Below are positions 1 to 10,970 of a DNA stretch of 64,000 nt, piece after piece. A program made the translations under genes and the position numbers. Below the pieces are notes generated by a model, which saw only the letters and a program-made list of their open reading frames with translations, was not told where the DNA came from and did not search any database. The stretch covers positions 1 through 64,000 of the IMG/VR virus record IMGVR_UViG_3300021431_000079, one strand, 5' to 3'. Source of the stretch: a virus (lineage: Duplodnaviria > Caudoviricetes). Each line of letters begins with the position of its first letter. Within the stretch, counting starts at the first letter, position 1.

Positions 1-96
1 TTTTATATTTTTTTTTGCCTCTTTGGTTAAATAGCTATCTTTTTTTTTTTTTTTTTGATTATCCATTCCGATACCTCACATATCTACTTATTTTGA

Positions 97-519
97 TTAC
101 GCAAAATTATTAACAATTACTCCCCATTCAACTGTACCATCAATATGTACGAGATTAACCCCTCCTATTTGATATACAGATGGATTTAAAGAACCATATG
201 AAACTGTTATTGATGTTACATCTTGTACTGTTTGTGTACTATACGAAACAGGATAGTATACTTCTTTATTTTCCGTGTCACTATGACTGACAATAACAAT
301 TTGTGGATATTCTACCAGTTTCCCAATTTTATCTTTTACTTCATCCAAATTAGTAATATCAGCGACTACACTTCCACCCGCTGTATCAATCATAACTTGT
401 ATAACCGTTGTTTGCGATCCAGTTCCATCTTCAAGATCAAGAAGCCTACGATATGTCTTTTTTCCTTCATCTGTTAATTTACTAATAATATCAATATCGT
501 TCATAATATTTATCCTCAT
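97..519 (-). CDS. hypothetical protein (late region)
   Basis: 140 aa ORF co-oriented with the structural operon; exact start uncertain. Confidence 0.6.
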   Translation of the reverse strand: MRINIMNDIDIISKLTDEGKKTYRRLLDLEDGTGSQTTVIQVMIDTAGGSVVADITNLDEVKDKIGKLVEYPQIVIVSHSDTENKEVYYPVSYSTQTVQDVTSITVSYGSLNPSVYQIGGVNLVHIDGTVEWGVIVNNFA

Positions 520-611
520 AAAAAGGCGAAAAAAGCCGCATATTCACAGATCGTGAATATACGGCTCACTTAAAAAATAAAAAAATCAAATTCACAATCT
601 AAATAATATAA

Positions 612-1106
612 TCAGTCTTTAAAAGACTTCTTGTTGGTATAAAAACCATTCTTCTTAAAATTATTCTTATTCTCGTAGGTTTTCACAGTAGACTGATCAT
701 GCTTCTCTTCGGGCTTCTCTTCAGGTTTTTCCTCAACCTTCTTCTCAGCCTCATCAGCATTTTCATCTACAGCTTTAACCGCTTCTTCAAACTTAGGCTC
801 TACGGGATCAAGACTAATTTCAAGTTTTACTGGTGCTTTCTCTGCACCAATAAGCTCATCAACAAATTCAGCAATCCCATCAACATAAGTAGCTCGATTA
901 ACAAGATTAAGTTCCTTAAGTTTCTCGGTTGCCTCTTCCTTAGTTATGTACTTTCCACGGTAATCAGTAATAATATTGAACACATCACGACAACTCTCAA
1001 CATCATAGTTGTTCTTCCATGTGTCATTTTTCTTACCACCACAATGATAACAATACTCATACTCCTTACCACAGCAAATACATTTACGCTTTACAATTCT
1101 TTCCAT
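612..1106 (-). CDS. hypothetical protein with N-terminal CxxC/CxxC zinc-finger and charged tail
   Basis: CICC...CYHC motif, AAGGA RBS, follows the tail tube gene. Confidence 0.75.
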   Translation of the reverse strand: MERIVKRKCICCGKEYEYCYHCGGKKNDTWKNNYDVESCRDVFNIITDYRGKYITKEEATEKLKELNLVNRATYVDGIAEFVDELIGAEKAPVKLEISLDPVEPKFEEAVKAVDENADEAEKKVEEKPEEKPEEKHDQSTVKTYENKNNFKKNGFYTNKKSFKD

Positions 1107-1132
1107 TAGTGATTCATCCTTTCTTTCCTACT

Positions 1133-1165
1133 GAAAAAAGCCCCACACCAAAATAGTGTGGGGCG
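1133..1165 (-). terminator. intrinsic terminator after tail tube gene
   Basis: GCCCCACAC/GTGTGGGGC stem followed by a U-run on the minus strand. Confidence 0.75.
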
Positions 1166-1189
1166 AGATATTAGCAAAACACTAATGAA

Positions 1190-2465
1190 TTAGTCCTCTT
1201 CGGTATCTTCGGGAGCGAAGTAAATGTTATAAAGAGCCTTGTCGGTAGAGCAGTAGTCGGTCTGAAGAGTACCGTTAAATGCGATACCTGCGTCAGTTGT
1301 AAGGGACAGGTCTACTTCCGGGGATACTTGGAAGGATGGGAATTCAACGTACATAGCACGAACCGTATCTGCGGAGCAAGGATCAATACCAAGAACTTTA
1401 AGGGTAAGCTTCACAGTTCCGGGGAACTTATCAGCAGAGTTACGAACTGCAATACCCTCGGTTACGTTACGATCATACTTAACGATGAAAAGCTGATCCT
1501 CAGCATCAGAAGTAGGAGCGGTAAGAACACCTGCGGTAGAAACAGCGTACTGAGTAGCAGAAGCGGCAGTACCCTTGGTGTACTCTTTACCCATAGTACC
1601 GTTAGTGGAAAGACCATAAACCTTTACACTATCAGTAACATAGCCAGCCATGGTGAGAGTATCACCAGTACCTACACGAACAACCTTCGGCATAATGATG
1701 GGCTTTGCAGAAGAAGCAAGCTCCTTACCAGAACCAGACTGTGCTCCAAGAATGTTAAAGTTCAGCATGGTATTGGTAGCACTGAATTCGCCAGATTTAC
1801 CAGTATAGAAACGCTTAATCAGAGTACCGTTCATATCAACGGCATCTTTAGACTCAGCAGTAACGTTGATAGAAGCGTCAGAAAGCTGAGTAAGAACATA
1901 AAGCAGATCGCCATCAAAAGACTCGGCTACACCATAAATAATTCTATCAATTACGAAATCCTGAACCTCATACGATTATAAATCGTAATCTGAGATTGTT
2001 TGTTCACATAGAGTCGCTAATTCTATGCATCCTTTCCATATAAATAATGGTAGGTATCTGATATTTTCATATCAGCACAGACTATATCTTATCCATGCTT
2101 CATTTCTGAAGTTTAGGCGCAAACACTTCCACACGCTTGTGTGTACTCCCTTCACGAGGGATAGTCGTTGAGGGCAAGACTATTCATCTATTCCCTGCGG
2201 ATCGCCCATTATGTTAAGTATTAAGTGTTTAGGATTTAACCATGCACCATATAATAGATTTTTTCTGCTTTCGCCACATTCACATCTGAACATATTTCGG
2301 TTCTATGTTGTAGTTCTATTATCTTTAGGGTTTTCCCGCATATTCGTTTGCTTCATTGGGTAATAATACTACCGCTACATACATGTTTCCATATATGCTG
2401 ACTATTTCATAAATGTGTAAATTATATAACCCCACATCTATAATTTAATCAAGTTTAAAAGCCAT
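1190..2465 (-). CDS. major tail (tube) protein, spliced: join(2448..2465,1190..1960), 262 aa
   Basis: GGAGG RBS, then ATG at 2465 gives MAFKLD; after intron removal it continues in frame as DFVIDRIIYG...AVDMNGTLIKRF. Highly expressed codon usage; position after neck genes. Confidence 0.8.
1961..2447 (-). ncRNA. group I intron (IA-like, 487 nt, no ORF) in tail tube gene
   Basis: Exon ends in U, intron ends in G; P (AUAUGCGGGAAA), Q (GAUCCGCAG), R (UCAACGACUA), S (AAGAUAUAGUCU); IGS GUGGGGUU pairs with the exon end with a U-G pair at the splice site. Confidence 0.9.
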
Positions 2466-2514
2466 AATTACTTTTCCTCCTATTTTAATAGAAATTTTAA
2501 TTGAAGCAATATAA

Positions 2515-2548
2515 AAATAAAAAACAGACGGAGTATAAACCCGTCTGC
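2515..2548 (-). terminator. intrinsic terminator-like hairpin
   Basis: CAGACGG/CCGTCTG stem plus U-run on the minus strand. Confidence 0.55.
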
Positions 2549-2622
2549 TTCTTATAGCGACATATATTATAATCCTTGTAATCCTATTAATAAGAGTAAT
2601 AATGATTTAATAGCGAAGCTAT

Positions 2623-3513
2623 TTATTTCATCAAACTTCTCATGAAGTTGAATTCTTCCTTTGGTACTTTACTTAAATCCGCAAAACCAGAACTGGCTGA
2701 ACTCAAAAGTGCTCTTGTATTCTCATACACCTGCAACCTCTGAACAGCGTCCATGAATTCAACTATTCCAACATGATCTAATTCATCTGCTCTATATTTG
2801 AAACCCGGATGATTAATACAAGAGGAGATAAGCGGAAGCAACATAGAAGGATTGTTATCCTTCTTCTGCATCAGCAATTTATCTTCTTCCTCCTGAATAA
2901 TCCATTCCTTAGTTGTCTTACCCTTAGCTTTTTCCACCTTCGGAAAAATATTGAACATCACACGCATATAATTTGCCATCTTTGTGTAAGTCTCTTCATC
3001 TATCAGAAGCTCAGTTTCCGGATCATACAAAACCATAACCTCTTTATAATCCTTTCCTTCTTCACCCTCTTCACCTTCTTCAAGAGGTTTCTTCATGTTG
3101 TAAAGTCTAAGGGATCTGAGATCAACATCCTTAAAAAGGATCTTCTGAACGTCTGGATGAATACCACTTACGAGCATAGCAAAAAGCTGAAAATCAGTTA
3201 TTTTGTTCCAGTCTATCTGCATCTTCCATAACTGAAGTCTATAACTTGTTGGGTTACTGACAAAAATATTTACCGTAGAATAAAACTCTTTTTCACCAAA
3301 TTGTTTGTGATCACCGAATTCTATAATCTCACCAACCATAGGTTGATAGATTGTAATTCGATCATTTACCACATATGGTTTTTTCAGATACATCTTCAAA
3401 AGATCAATTTGTTCTACAGCCTTTTGTCTGGCGGCGGCATACTGTTGACCATTGATATCAATGTTTTGAACTTGCTGTGTAGAATTTTTCTCTACATGAA
3501 ACTTATCTGCCAT
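2623..3513 (-). CDS. hypothetical virion morphogenesis protein
   Basis: 296 aa ORF within the structural operon. Confidence 0.7.
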   Translation of the reverse strand: MADKFHVEKNSTQQVQNIDINGQQYAAARQKAVEQIDLLKMYLKKPYVVNDRITIYQPMVGEIIEFGDHKQFGEKEFYSTVNIFVSNPTSYRLQLWKMQIDWNKITDFQLFAMLVSGIHPDVQKILFKDVDLRSLRLYNMKKPLEEGEEGEEGKDYKEVMVLYDPETELLIDEETYTKMANYMRVMFNIFPKVEKAKGKTTKEWIIQEEEDKLLMQKKDNNPSMLLPLISSCINHPGFKYRADELDHVGIVEFMDAVQRLQVYENTRALLSSASSGFADLSKVPKEEFNFMRSLMK

Positions 3514-3526
3514 AATATCACCACCA

Positions 3527-4102
3527 TTATAAATTCATATATGAATTAATGGTTTTAGGTTTGCCACCATAACTCTTCACAAGATTATTCGGCATATCAC
3601 CCTCGAAGATGAGAGTGCGTGTTGCATAATCATTATCAGTTACAGATGGTCTGTCAGATACCAAATGCACCTGACAACCAAACAGATTAGACCAGTTAAA
3701 GTCATTCTGTATCAATGCTCCCATTAAATCATGTTTTGCTAAATATGTTGTCTGATCAACAATATTCTTTTGCTCAGACAAACAATAAAAAATGATTCTT
3801 GCAATTTTAATTACTTTATTGTATCGAGCCTCTTCAGAGAACTCGACTTCATAACACACAAAATTTTGTGATTTGGTCTGCGTAGGATGAATGATAAAAT
3901 ATGGAAGGATGTTTACACCAAAATAATCATCTGGTTCTGCATCAGCTTCCTCCAACTCTTTATTATCAATCACATGAAGTAATTTTGTGTTTGACAGAAG
4001 CTTCTGCTTGATTAACTCCTTCCAACGAATGTTATCACTATCCAACGAAGTTCTCAGCGCACGAAGCTCGTCAATTTCTTGATCTGATATGTTTAAGCCC
4101 AT
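3527..4102 (-). CDS. putative tail terminator / neck protein
   Basis: 191 aa ORF with GGAGG RBS, between head-closure and tail tube genes; function from position only. Confidence 0.55.
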   Translation of the reverse strand: MGLNISDQEIDELRALRTSLDSDNIRWKELIKQKLLSNTKLLHVIDNKELEEADAEPDDYFGVNILPYFIIHPTQTKSQNFVCYEVEFSEEARYNKVIKIARIIFYCLSEQKNIVDQTTYLAKHDLMGALIQNDFNWSNLFGCQVHLVSDRPSVTDNDYATRTLIFEGDMPNNLVKSYGGKPKTINSYMNL

Positions 4103-4116
4103 TATGCGCCTCCCTT

Positions 4117-5702
4117 TTACATACCAACTATTTCAAAACTCTGTTTCGCAGTAACGCCACCTTTGATAGCAGTTACAGAAACTATCTTACCAAGTAACTT
4201 ATCAGAAGTGGTTTTGATCTTAATTTGATTCTTAGATAAAGTGGTATCATCATCAGAAGTGATGAAGCTGATTGTTTCATCTGACGAGGTTGTTATCTCA
4301 GTACCATCCAATTCTATTTTCCATCTATCAACATCTACATTCTCAACCACGTTTTCGTACTTATCGAGAAACGTAGCAGTGATCTTCTTGTAATTGCCTC
4401 TAACTTTAAGAGCAGGTTTTACACCTCCAAATACGAGTTTGATGTGATAATCAGGAAGAGAAGAGTGCGGTATCTGTTCCTCAGCCTCTACAGAATATTG
4501 ATCAATTGGGTAGTAATCTGCCCACATACCAATAATCTTTCCAAACTCATCTCTCTCAATATAATCTCTATGAGAATCAAAAATATCTTGAGCGAGAGTA
4601 ACCAACAAACATCCTTCTGACTGAAGCCTGTTTACTTTACTAACTAACCAACAACGTGGGTTCTCGGTTTTTATATCAATTATCATTCGCTGATTATAGA
4701 AAATGTTTTCAGTATCTTTATTCATAGGAACTACAAATTTAATTTGGTCTTCAACGGTAGTAAATTTGAAATCCGTCCAGAGGCCAGAGTTGTCTTATAT
4801 CAACACAATGTAATAATAACAAGTTGTTGTTGTATGTTAACTATTGAGATCGTTACTTTCAATAGAATTATTTATACTATAATAATATAAATAATTTCTC
4901 ATAGTCTCCTATGAGATCAGATCATATCAACACCATATTCTTTTAGAACTTAGGTGATTCCCGTTACCCCACTTGGGGACTTGATCGTTGAGCGTTCTTT
5001 TTAATTTATCTAAAAAAGCTTCGTTGCTGATTGACTTTATTTATCAGATTGTTACCATTTGGTACTGATAACCTAACGAGTGTTCTCAGCAGTTAGAGAA
5101 TTTTCGACATATGGTTTCCCATATGAAGCGCACAATATCTACGAATTCTGACTCCTTCTTACACCAGAGATGTTAAATTTCTTTCCTTTATAAACATACT
5201 GAAATACATGATCACATGGTAATACATCATACTTGGGAAATTGCGGATCATAATAATCCGAAATTCTTACCACCAACCATTTATTATATCTACCCTCAGC
5301 ATCAATGATATCTATATACAATCCAACTGGGAAAATAGCAGAATAAGCATCTTCAAACAATTCACCATAATAATTAACATTACATTGCTGATGAGGTCTT
5401 AACTGAATGTGTCTTGTAACGACATCTTTGTCATAGCTTTGATGTGTAGATATAATAAACTTAATTTCTATAGGAATCTTCTTGGGATCATTTTTGGAAT
5501 TAAGATTCTTCAACTGCGTCTTATGATCATCATGATAATAGTCATACAGATACGCAACCTGACTCGCAGGATCATTCCACCAAGTGTCATTCATTGTATT
5601 GTCAGACTGTATCTTGGCTTTCTCACCCACCGTCATATATCCTAACCCACTTCTATAATTACTGTCAGTATATAGAGCTTTAAATTTTTCATATACTCCC
5701 AT
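4117..5702 (-). CDS. putative head-closure/neck protein, spliced: join(5141..5702,4117..4793), 412 aa
   Basis: Two ORF-track fragments join in frame as RRSQNS-Y-NSGLWTDFK after intron removal; beta-rich C-terminal domain. Confidence 0.75.
4794..5140 (-). ncRNA. group I intron (347 nt, no ORF) in neck gene
   Basis: UCGU|AGAUAUUGUGCG...AUAAG|ACAAC boundaries; R (UCAACGAUCA) and S (UUGAUAUGAUCU) with compensatory P7; P10 UUGU pairs with 3' exon ACAA. Confidence 0.88.
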
Positions 5703-6039
5703 CGCTATCACCGACCTTCATCGCACCTGCAATAGCACCTGCGTCCAAGATAAGCTTACGATACTCAGGGAATGTATAATCATCACTCTCAAAAAGATTA
5801 AGAGCGGCTTCCAATATTACAATTACATTAACTAAATCATCAGGATAGAAGAGTATTGAATTAAATCCAACTATTTTCTTCATTATATTCTTTTGGTAAG
5901 CAGAGACATTTATATCAGGATAATCCTCAGAAGTTTTCGGATCAGTGTAAAGAATACACCAGAAAATCATCCGCTGAACTTCCTTAATATAATGTCGTAT
6001 CTGAGCCTCGGTGAATAAACCGTATTTTGTTTTAACCAT
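5689..6039 (-). CDS. hypothetical neck-region protein
   Basis: ORF coupled to neighbours; start chosen at MVKTKYG. Confidence 0.65.
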   Translation of the reverse strand: MVKTKYGLFTEAQIRHYIKEVQRMIFWCILYTDPKTSEDYPDINVSAYQKNIMKKIVGFNSILFYPDDLVNVIVILEAALNLFESDDYTFPEYRKLILDAGAIAGAMKVGDSDGSI

Positions 6040-6055
6040 ATTTACATCACCCATA

Positions 6056-6505
6056 TCACTCACCATACTTTCCAAAATAATACCCATGTTGAGAAAGTTC
6101 CCTTCCCAACTTTACCTCAAGGTCATGAAGCCGATCCTGCATCTTTCCGTAATTATCAATCAGTTTCTTTTCTTCTTTACCACCAATCATGACAGCCATG
6201 TTAACACCAGTATCAATCTTGGACGGAAGATAGTTGATAATCAATCCTTCAGAAAGAATGTTTGTCACAAACTCCCTGTCATATTCTTCATCAACTGAGT
6301 TCCTCAAGACATAATCCAGTACCATCACTTCATCATCTGTGGTAAAAGAACTGAACTGCTTTCTAAACTGCGGAAGAGCAATGGCGGCTTTCAACCAGTT
6401 CTTCATATAGTCGTAAAAATCATCCTCAACAAGCTGAAATAATTCTGTGTCTTGTATTCTACTAAGCGCTCTCTCATATATTGTTTCATACTTTATTGAA
6501 GACAT
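6056..6505 (-). CDS. putative head-tail adaptor
   Basis: 149 aa helical protein two genes downstream of the major capsid gene; GGAGG RBS. Confidence 0.6.
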   Translation of the reverse strand: MSSIKYETIYERALSRIQDTELFQLVEDDFYDYMKNWLKAAIALPQFRKQFSSFTTDDEVMVLDYVLRNSVDEEYDREFVTNILSEGLIINYLPSKIDTGVNMAVMIGGKEEKKLIDNYGKMQDRLHDLEVKLGRELSQHGYYFGKYGE

Positions 6506-6517
6506 GACGCACCTCCG

Positions 6518-7192
6518 TTAATCAGGAATTACCGACATAAGATCAGTGCCACAAACATCATCAATAATTTTAATCTTTTTAAGAGAATCAAGAGTGCCCT
6601 TCTCAATCATGGTAGCGGCTCTAACAGCAACAGCATTTCTCATACCATCAGAAATCTCTGTGAGCACCTTACGAAGGGCGGTAGAAGGAACATTAATAAT
6701 CGCATCAACATTGTCAAGACCATATACCTTCTCATCATAAAAGTCCTTAAGGTCTTTCCATCTTGGCTGATCCAAAAGTTCCTCATCCTCAATTACGAAA
6801 TATGGCTTATACAGATATTCGGACTTGGCAGTTTTCCTCGCCCAAAGATCACCATACTCAACCTCGCAAAGATCACCAGTAGCTTTCCAAACATATGGAA
6901 TTCCAGACTTACCAGTCATTTTGAGCCAACCCGCAGAAACATTTCTACAAAGAATAAGATCATGCTGATCATAAACCTTCTGCGGCTTTACTTCCTGCTT
7001 TACTGCTTTCTTCGGAGTTACGACTTTCTCAGCGACAGCCTCTTCGGTCTCATCAACCGCCTCCTCAGAAACAGCTTCCTCAGTTTCATCTACCTGAGCT
7101 TTCATAGCACCCTTTACAGCTTCCCTTGCATCATCAACTTTTGAAGCAGTTTTTGCTTTTGTAACATTAATTGAACTTGTTCTTCTTGCCAT
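6518..7192 (-). CDS. hypothetical protein (post-capsid), low-complexity N-terminus
   Basis: 224 aa ORF, AAGGAG RBS, duplicated VDETEEAV segment. Confidence 0.7.
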   Translation of the reverse strand: MARRTSSINVTKAKTASKVDDAREAVKGAMKAQVDETEEAVSEEAVDETEEAVAEKVVTPKKAVKQEVKPQKVYDQHDLILCRNVSAGWLKMTGKSGIPYVWKATGDLCEVEYGDLWARKTAKSEYLYKPYFVIEDEELLDQPRWKDLKDFYDEKVYGLDNVDAIINVPSTALRKVLTEISDGMRNAVAVRAATMIEKGTLDSLKKIKIIDDVCGTDLMSVIPD

Positions 7193-7215
7193 TATATATT
7201 CTCCTTATCTTCCTT

Positions 7216-7251
7216 AAAAAAGTTGTGCAGAGGAGTAACCACTGCACAACT
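7216..7251 (-). terminator. intrinsic terminator after major capsid gene
   Basis: AGTTGTGCAG/CTGCACAACT stem plus U-run. Confidence 0.65.
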
Positions 7252-7268
7252 CAGTAAGTGTAATTTCA

Positions 7269-8372
7269 TCAAGCGGTAACGATATTCCAAGTACCAAAGT
7301 ATCTTCCGATCACGACACCAACACCAATCTTGGTGATGTACTTGAACTCAGAAGTCATATCATTAAGAGTAGTATTATCGGTGATCTCACGAATCTCGGC
7401 ATCACCCTCATACACAAGCTTAATGAACTTGTTATCAACAACAGGCATAATCAGAAGAACGTTAGGATTAACAAGCTTATCCTTTGTAGTTCCCTTAGCA
7501 AATACCTGCGGAATCTCTACAACACGAGTACCTTCCCAGATACCAACATGACCAGTATTTCTATGATCATCCTTATCAGCGGCGGCTCTCCAATCAACAG
7601 GAACGAGATTGCTCAGACGAGCAAGAGCAGTCTTAGTACCCATGATAACTACCTCGCTACCACGGTTAGCGGCCTGAACATCCTCAACCATAGTCTGGAA
7701 ATCAAGCTTGGAGTCAGCAGTAAGCTCAGAGGTCTTATAGAACTGATCATCACCCGGAAGGATCTGAGAACCTGCGGACATAACAGCCTCAAAGACAACC
7801 TCGTTTACATAAGCGTCAACAGCGTCATAAACAGCCTTGGTGAGTTTAGCCCAGTCAGAGCGTCCCAGAAGAACTCTCTCATACTCTTCATAAACGCCAA
7901 GTCCTACATACTCTGTACGAACACGGTAAGGCTCATCCTGACCCAGTCTCTGACGGTCAATGTCCCAATGGTTGCCAGAAAGCTTTGCAACAGAAAGAAC
8001 AGTATTGTCCTCAGTTACGAACTCGTTCTGATCACCATTAGAAAGATTTCTAATGTCAACCCACTCTTGGAAGAACTCATTCTCGCCCCAACCAGTGGTA
8101 AGAGCCTCATCAATATAGTCAATCAGAATATCGAACAGTTCAGGACGATGGTTTCTGATGGCTCTCTTGTATTCTTTTGCGGACATCGTCTCACGATTTC
8201 CACCAATAATTGCATCAAACTTTTCGGAAATAAACTTGTCAGCATCAGCCTTAGTAATGCCGGATTCGAAAGTGCCACGACCTGCATCAGAAAGCAGTTT
8301 GGAGAACTGATTGTATTTTGTCTGGTCGTTATCGAAAGCTTTGCTTACATTATCATACATAAAAATCTTCAT
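7269..8372 (-). CDS. major capsid protein
   Basis: 367 aa, strongly biased codon usage, downstream of protease/scaffold and decoration genes as in SPbeta-like head modules. Confidence 0.8.
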   Translation of the reverse strand: MKIFMYDNVSKAFDNDQTKYNQFSKLLSDAGRGTFESGITKADADKFISEKFDAIIGGNRETMSAKEYKRAIRNHRPELFDILIDYIDEALTTGWGENEFFQEWVDIRNLSNGDQNEFVTEDNTVLSVAKLSGNHWDIDRQRLGQDEPYRVRTEYVGLGVYEEYERVLLGRSDWAKLTKAVYDAVDAYVNEVVFEAVMSAGSQILPGDDQFYKTSELTADSKLDFQTMVEDVQAANRGSEVVIMGTKTALARLSNLVPVDWRAAADKDDHRNTGHVGIWEGTRVVEIPQVFAKGTTKDKLVNPNVLLIMPVVDNKFIKLVYEGDAEIREITDNTTLNDMTSEFKYITKIGVGVVIGRYFGTWNIVTA

Positions 8373-8402
8373 AACAAATATTCCTCCTCTCTACTTTTTT
8401 AA

Positions 8403-8933
8403 TTAGTCATTAGCACGAACAACGAGCTTATAGAATATGCCCTTCGTGCCTCTATTGATCTTCTCAAGAATCTGAGCAACAAAAGTCTTACCATTAGGCT
8501 TAGTAGTTCCTGCATCGCTAAGATCATAACCATCAGCTACAACATAATCGCCAACAGCGATTTCAGCACCATCAGCAACAGCAATACCATTAGCAGAAAT
8601 GGTGAACTTATCGCCACGAACAAGATCATAAACCCTCATGATCTCACCCTCACCATTGTAGAAATTGGACTCAAGGGTAGCGGCATACGGAGTAGAATCA
8701 GGGCCAACAGGAACAGAAAGAATAAGACCAACACGAGAAGTAGCGGTAGGCTCAACCATGGTGAAATACTCATTCTTCTCCCAAACCATATCATCAAGAT
8801 TTACGACTTTACCATTATCAATATCAGCAGCAGCTTTGATATTGAAGATATGTCTGCCATATGTAGTTCCAATAAGATTAGTAGACTCGGCAACAATATG
8901 CTTATCAACATTTTTTAAAAATGCATTAATCAT
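8403..8933 (-). CDS. capsid decoration / minor head protein
   Basis: 176 aa beta-rich ORF between scaffold and major capsid genes. Confidence 0.65.
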   Translation of the reverse strand: MINAFLKNVDKHIVAESTNLIGTTYGRHIFNIKAAADIDNGKVVNLDDMVWEKNEYFTMVEPTATSRVGLILSVPVGPDSTPYAATLESNFYNGEGEIMRVYDLVRGDKFTISANGIAVADGAEIAVGDYVVADGYDLSDAGTTKPNGKTFVAQILEKINRGTKGIFYKLVVRAND

Positions 8934-8972
8934 AACTATCTTTTCTCCTTTACTAAAATTTAATTTAACTAT

Positions 8973-10748
8973 TTAGTTTTTGTTATTAAAAAAGTCTTCG
9001 AAGATACCACCATATGGCTTATTCTTCTCAGATGTTTTTGTTTTATTTTCAGAATAGAATCCAAAGAATCTCGTTTCGTTTGTATTAGATTCTTTCTTGG
9101 CAAATGTATTCACATTTCCTTTAGCAAATTTGGCAAGCAGAAGATCAGCTTTAATACAGAAGTCTTCAACAGAGTAGTTGTCAACATCAGCGACAAGTGC
9201 CTTGAATTCATCAGTATCTTTAATTACATCATAGTCGCTATTATCAATTACTCTGGCGTGCTTCTCTTGTAAAACTTCTTTTGCTTTATAACTGTTAAGT
9301 TCGGTCTGCATTGATTCATAAGTATTTCTCATAAGATCAAGCGCATCTCTCTCAGAAGCAGTCAGGAACTCAGCAAACACTTCAACCCTATCACCATTAA
9401 GAGCGATATTAGTACCATCGTTTGTATACTCCTGTTTGTAATACTTGCAGGTATCCCAATCTTCCATAATAAAATAATTATTATAAACAGTATTGATAAA
9501 CAAATACTCTTCAGGATAAGTAGCATAAATAAGATCATACAAAGCAAGACGAATATCATCATGGCTCAGTTCGAATGTAAATTTCCTTGTTCCGTTATCC
9601 TCTGTAGTTGCATTTTCATTATTTGCAAAAGTTTCATCAGGAGTAGATGGATCTTCGTTCGAAGACGCATCATCTGACTCACCGTTAGAATTGTCTTCAA
9701 CAAATTCAGAAACAACAGGTTCGGATTCGGTAGTAGTCTGATTCTCATTCTGTTCAAACTGTTCAGCCTCAGCATTGTCGGCCTCAGCTACTCTCTGAGT
9801 GTTTTCCTCAGCTACAGTCTCCTCAACAACATTCTCAGAAGAATTCTCTTCCATAGTCACTGTCTCAGGAACATTCTCAACAGTCTGGTTCTCATCTGCT
9901 ACCGCATTTAACTCCTTGTTAACATCCATCAGATTTTCCTCCTTTCTCGAATAATTATATATAGATATATTAGATAAAGTCTCATTAAGCTTATCTAACG
10001 TTTCTATCAATTTAGCATTTTCCTCATTGGAAAATCTGACAACAGAATTATTGTCCTCTTTGAAATCCTCAAGATCGAGTCTTGCGCCCTCCATACCTTC
10101 CTCAACTGGCGTACCATAATTACTTGAATCAATGCTACGACCCAGAAGAGTGACACCTTGAACTTCAAAATCATCCAAAGATAAAGCGCCCTCATCTCCG
10201 TTCCAAGACATTTCATCAATCAAAAGCTCTACCGAAACTTTAGTTCCACCTTTAGCTTCAATGATATCAGCGGCTCTTGTGTAGTATCTGGGTATAGCCG
10301 CATAAGCCATGATATATGTCTTGTCATTTTTCTCATCATACCAAAACCAAGGTTGATCAGAAGTAATAGACCCGACTTGCTTTTCTATATATACGAGATT
10401 GCCTTTTTTATCTATCTCGATCTCATGACTTGTAAAATCATAATCTTCCTCTTCATCAGAACCAAAGTTTTGAATATGTGCCAATACTGGCTTGTATTTC
10501 ATAGTAGCCATTGCTTTCTCAGCAGATTCCTTTGGAACAAAACTTCCATTACGGTTTTTCCCTATATGGAAAGATCTGAGCTTTCCAAAGAACATAGAGT
10601 CACTTGAGACATCATTTTCATCATCCAATTCAAAATCTGCTGAAGTATGGACACACAACTGGTATCCAGTATCTTTTGAACTAAAACGCTGTAACTTGTT
10701 GGATTTACAAAAGGACATTAAATCATTTAAAGTTAATATTTTTTTCAT
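8973..10748 (-). CDS. prohead protease-scaffold fusion (YonD-like)
   Basis: N-terminal HIGKNRNGS...KVSVEL...GVTLLG protease-like domain followed by a long acidic scaffold region. Confidence 0.75.
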   Translation of the reverse strand: MKKILTLNDLMSFCKSNKLQRFSSKDTGYQLCVHTSADFELDDENDVSSDSMFFGKLRSFHIGKNRNGSFVPKESAEKAMATMKYKPVLAHIQNFGSDEEEDYDFTSHEIEIDKKGNLVYIEKQVGSITSDQPWFWYDEKNDKTYIMAYAAIPRYYTRAADIIEAKGGTKVSVELLIDEMSWNGDEGALSLDDFEVQGVTLLGRSIDSSNYGTPVEEGMEGARLDLEDFKEDNNSVVRFSNEENAKLIETLDKLNETLSNISIYNYSRKEENLMDVNKELNAVADENQTVENVPETVTMEENSSENVVEETVAEENTQRVAEADNAEAEQFEQNENQTTTESEPVVSEFVEDNSNGESDDASSNEDPSTPDETFANNENATTEDNGTRKFTFELSHDDIRLALYDLIYATYPEEYLFINTVYNNYFIMEDWDTCKYYKQEYTNDGTNIALNGDRVEVFAEFLTASERDALDLMRNTYESMQTELNSYKAKEVLQEKHARVIDNSDYDVIKDTDEFKALVADVDNYSVEDFCIKADLLLAKFAKGNVNTFAKKESNTNETRFFGFYSENKTKTSEKNKPYGGIFEDFFNNKN

Positions 10749-10787
10749 ACCTATTCCTTTCTAAATGATTTAAACCATTTGCAACAT

Positions 10788-10970
10788 TTATAAGAAAAGC
10801 GTATTGGTATACGCAATATCTTTTAATTTTTCAAATAATGCGACATTATTCTTTCCATTATTATTAAGGAATACATATCTACTATTTGTGAAATTCATCA
10901 ATCTATATCCGGCTTTCTCTAAAGCTCTCGCAGAATCAACATCTGTAGTAATAATAAATTTCTTTTCCAT
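10788..10970 (-). CDS. small hypothetical protein
   Basis: 60 aa ORF coupled to the portal stop codon. Confidence 0.65.
   Translation of the reverse strand: MEKKFIITTDVDSARALEKAGYRLMNFTNSRYVFLNNNGKNNVALFEKLKDIAYTNTLFL

Noticed and set aside
1-66. Long T-runs at the window start, possibly the start of a minus-strand gene at 66
   Set aside because: Looks like low-quality homopolymer sequence; no reliable frame or feature.
7548-8402. 284 aa plus-strand ORF and similar antisense ORFs
   Set aside because: Shadow frames of strongly codon-biased genes on the opposite strand.
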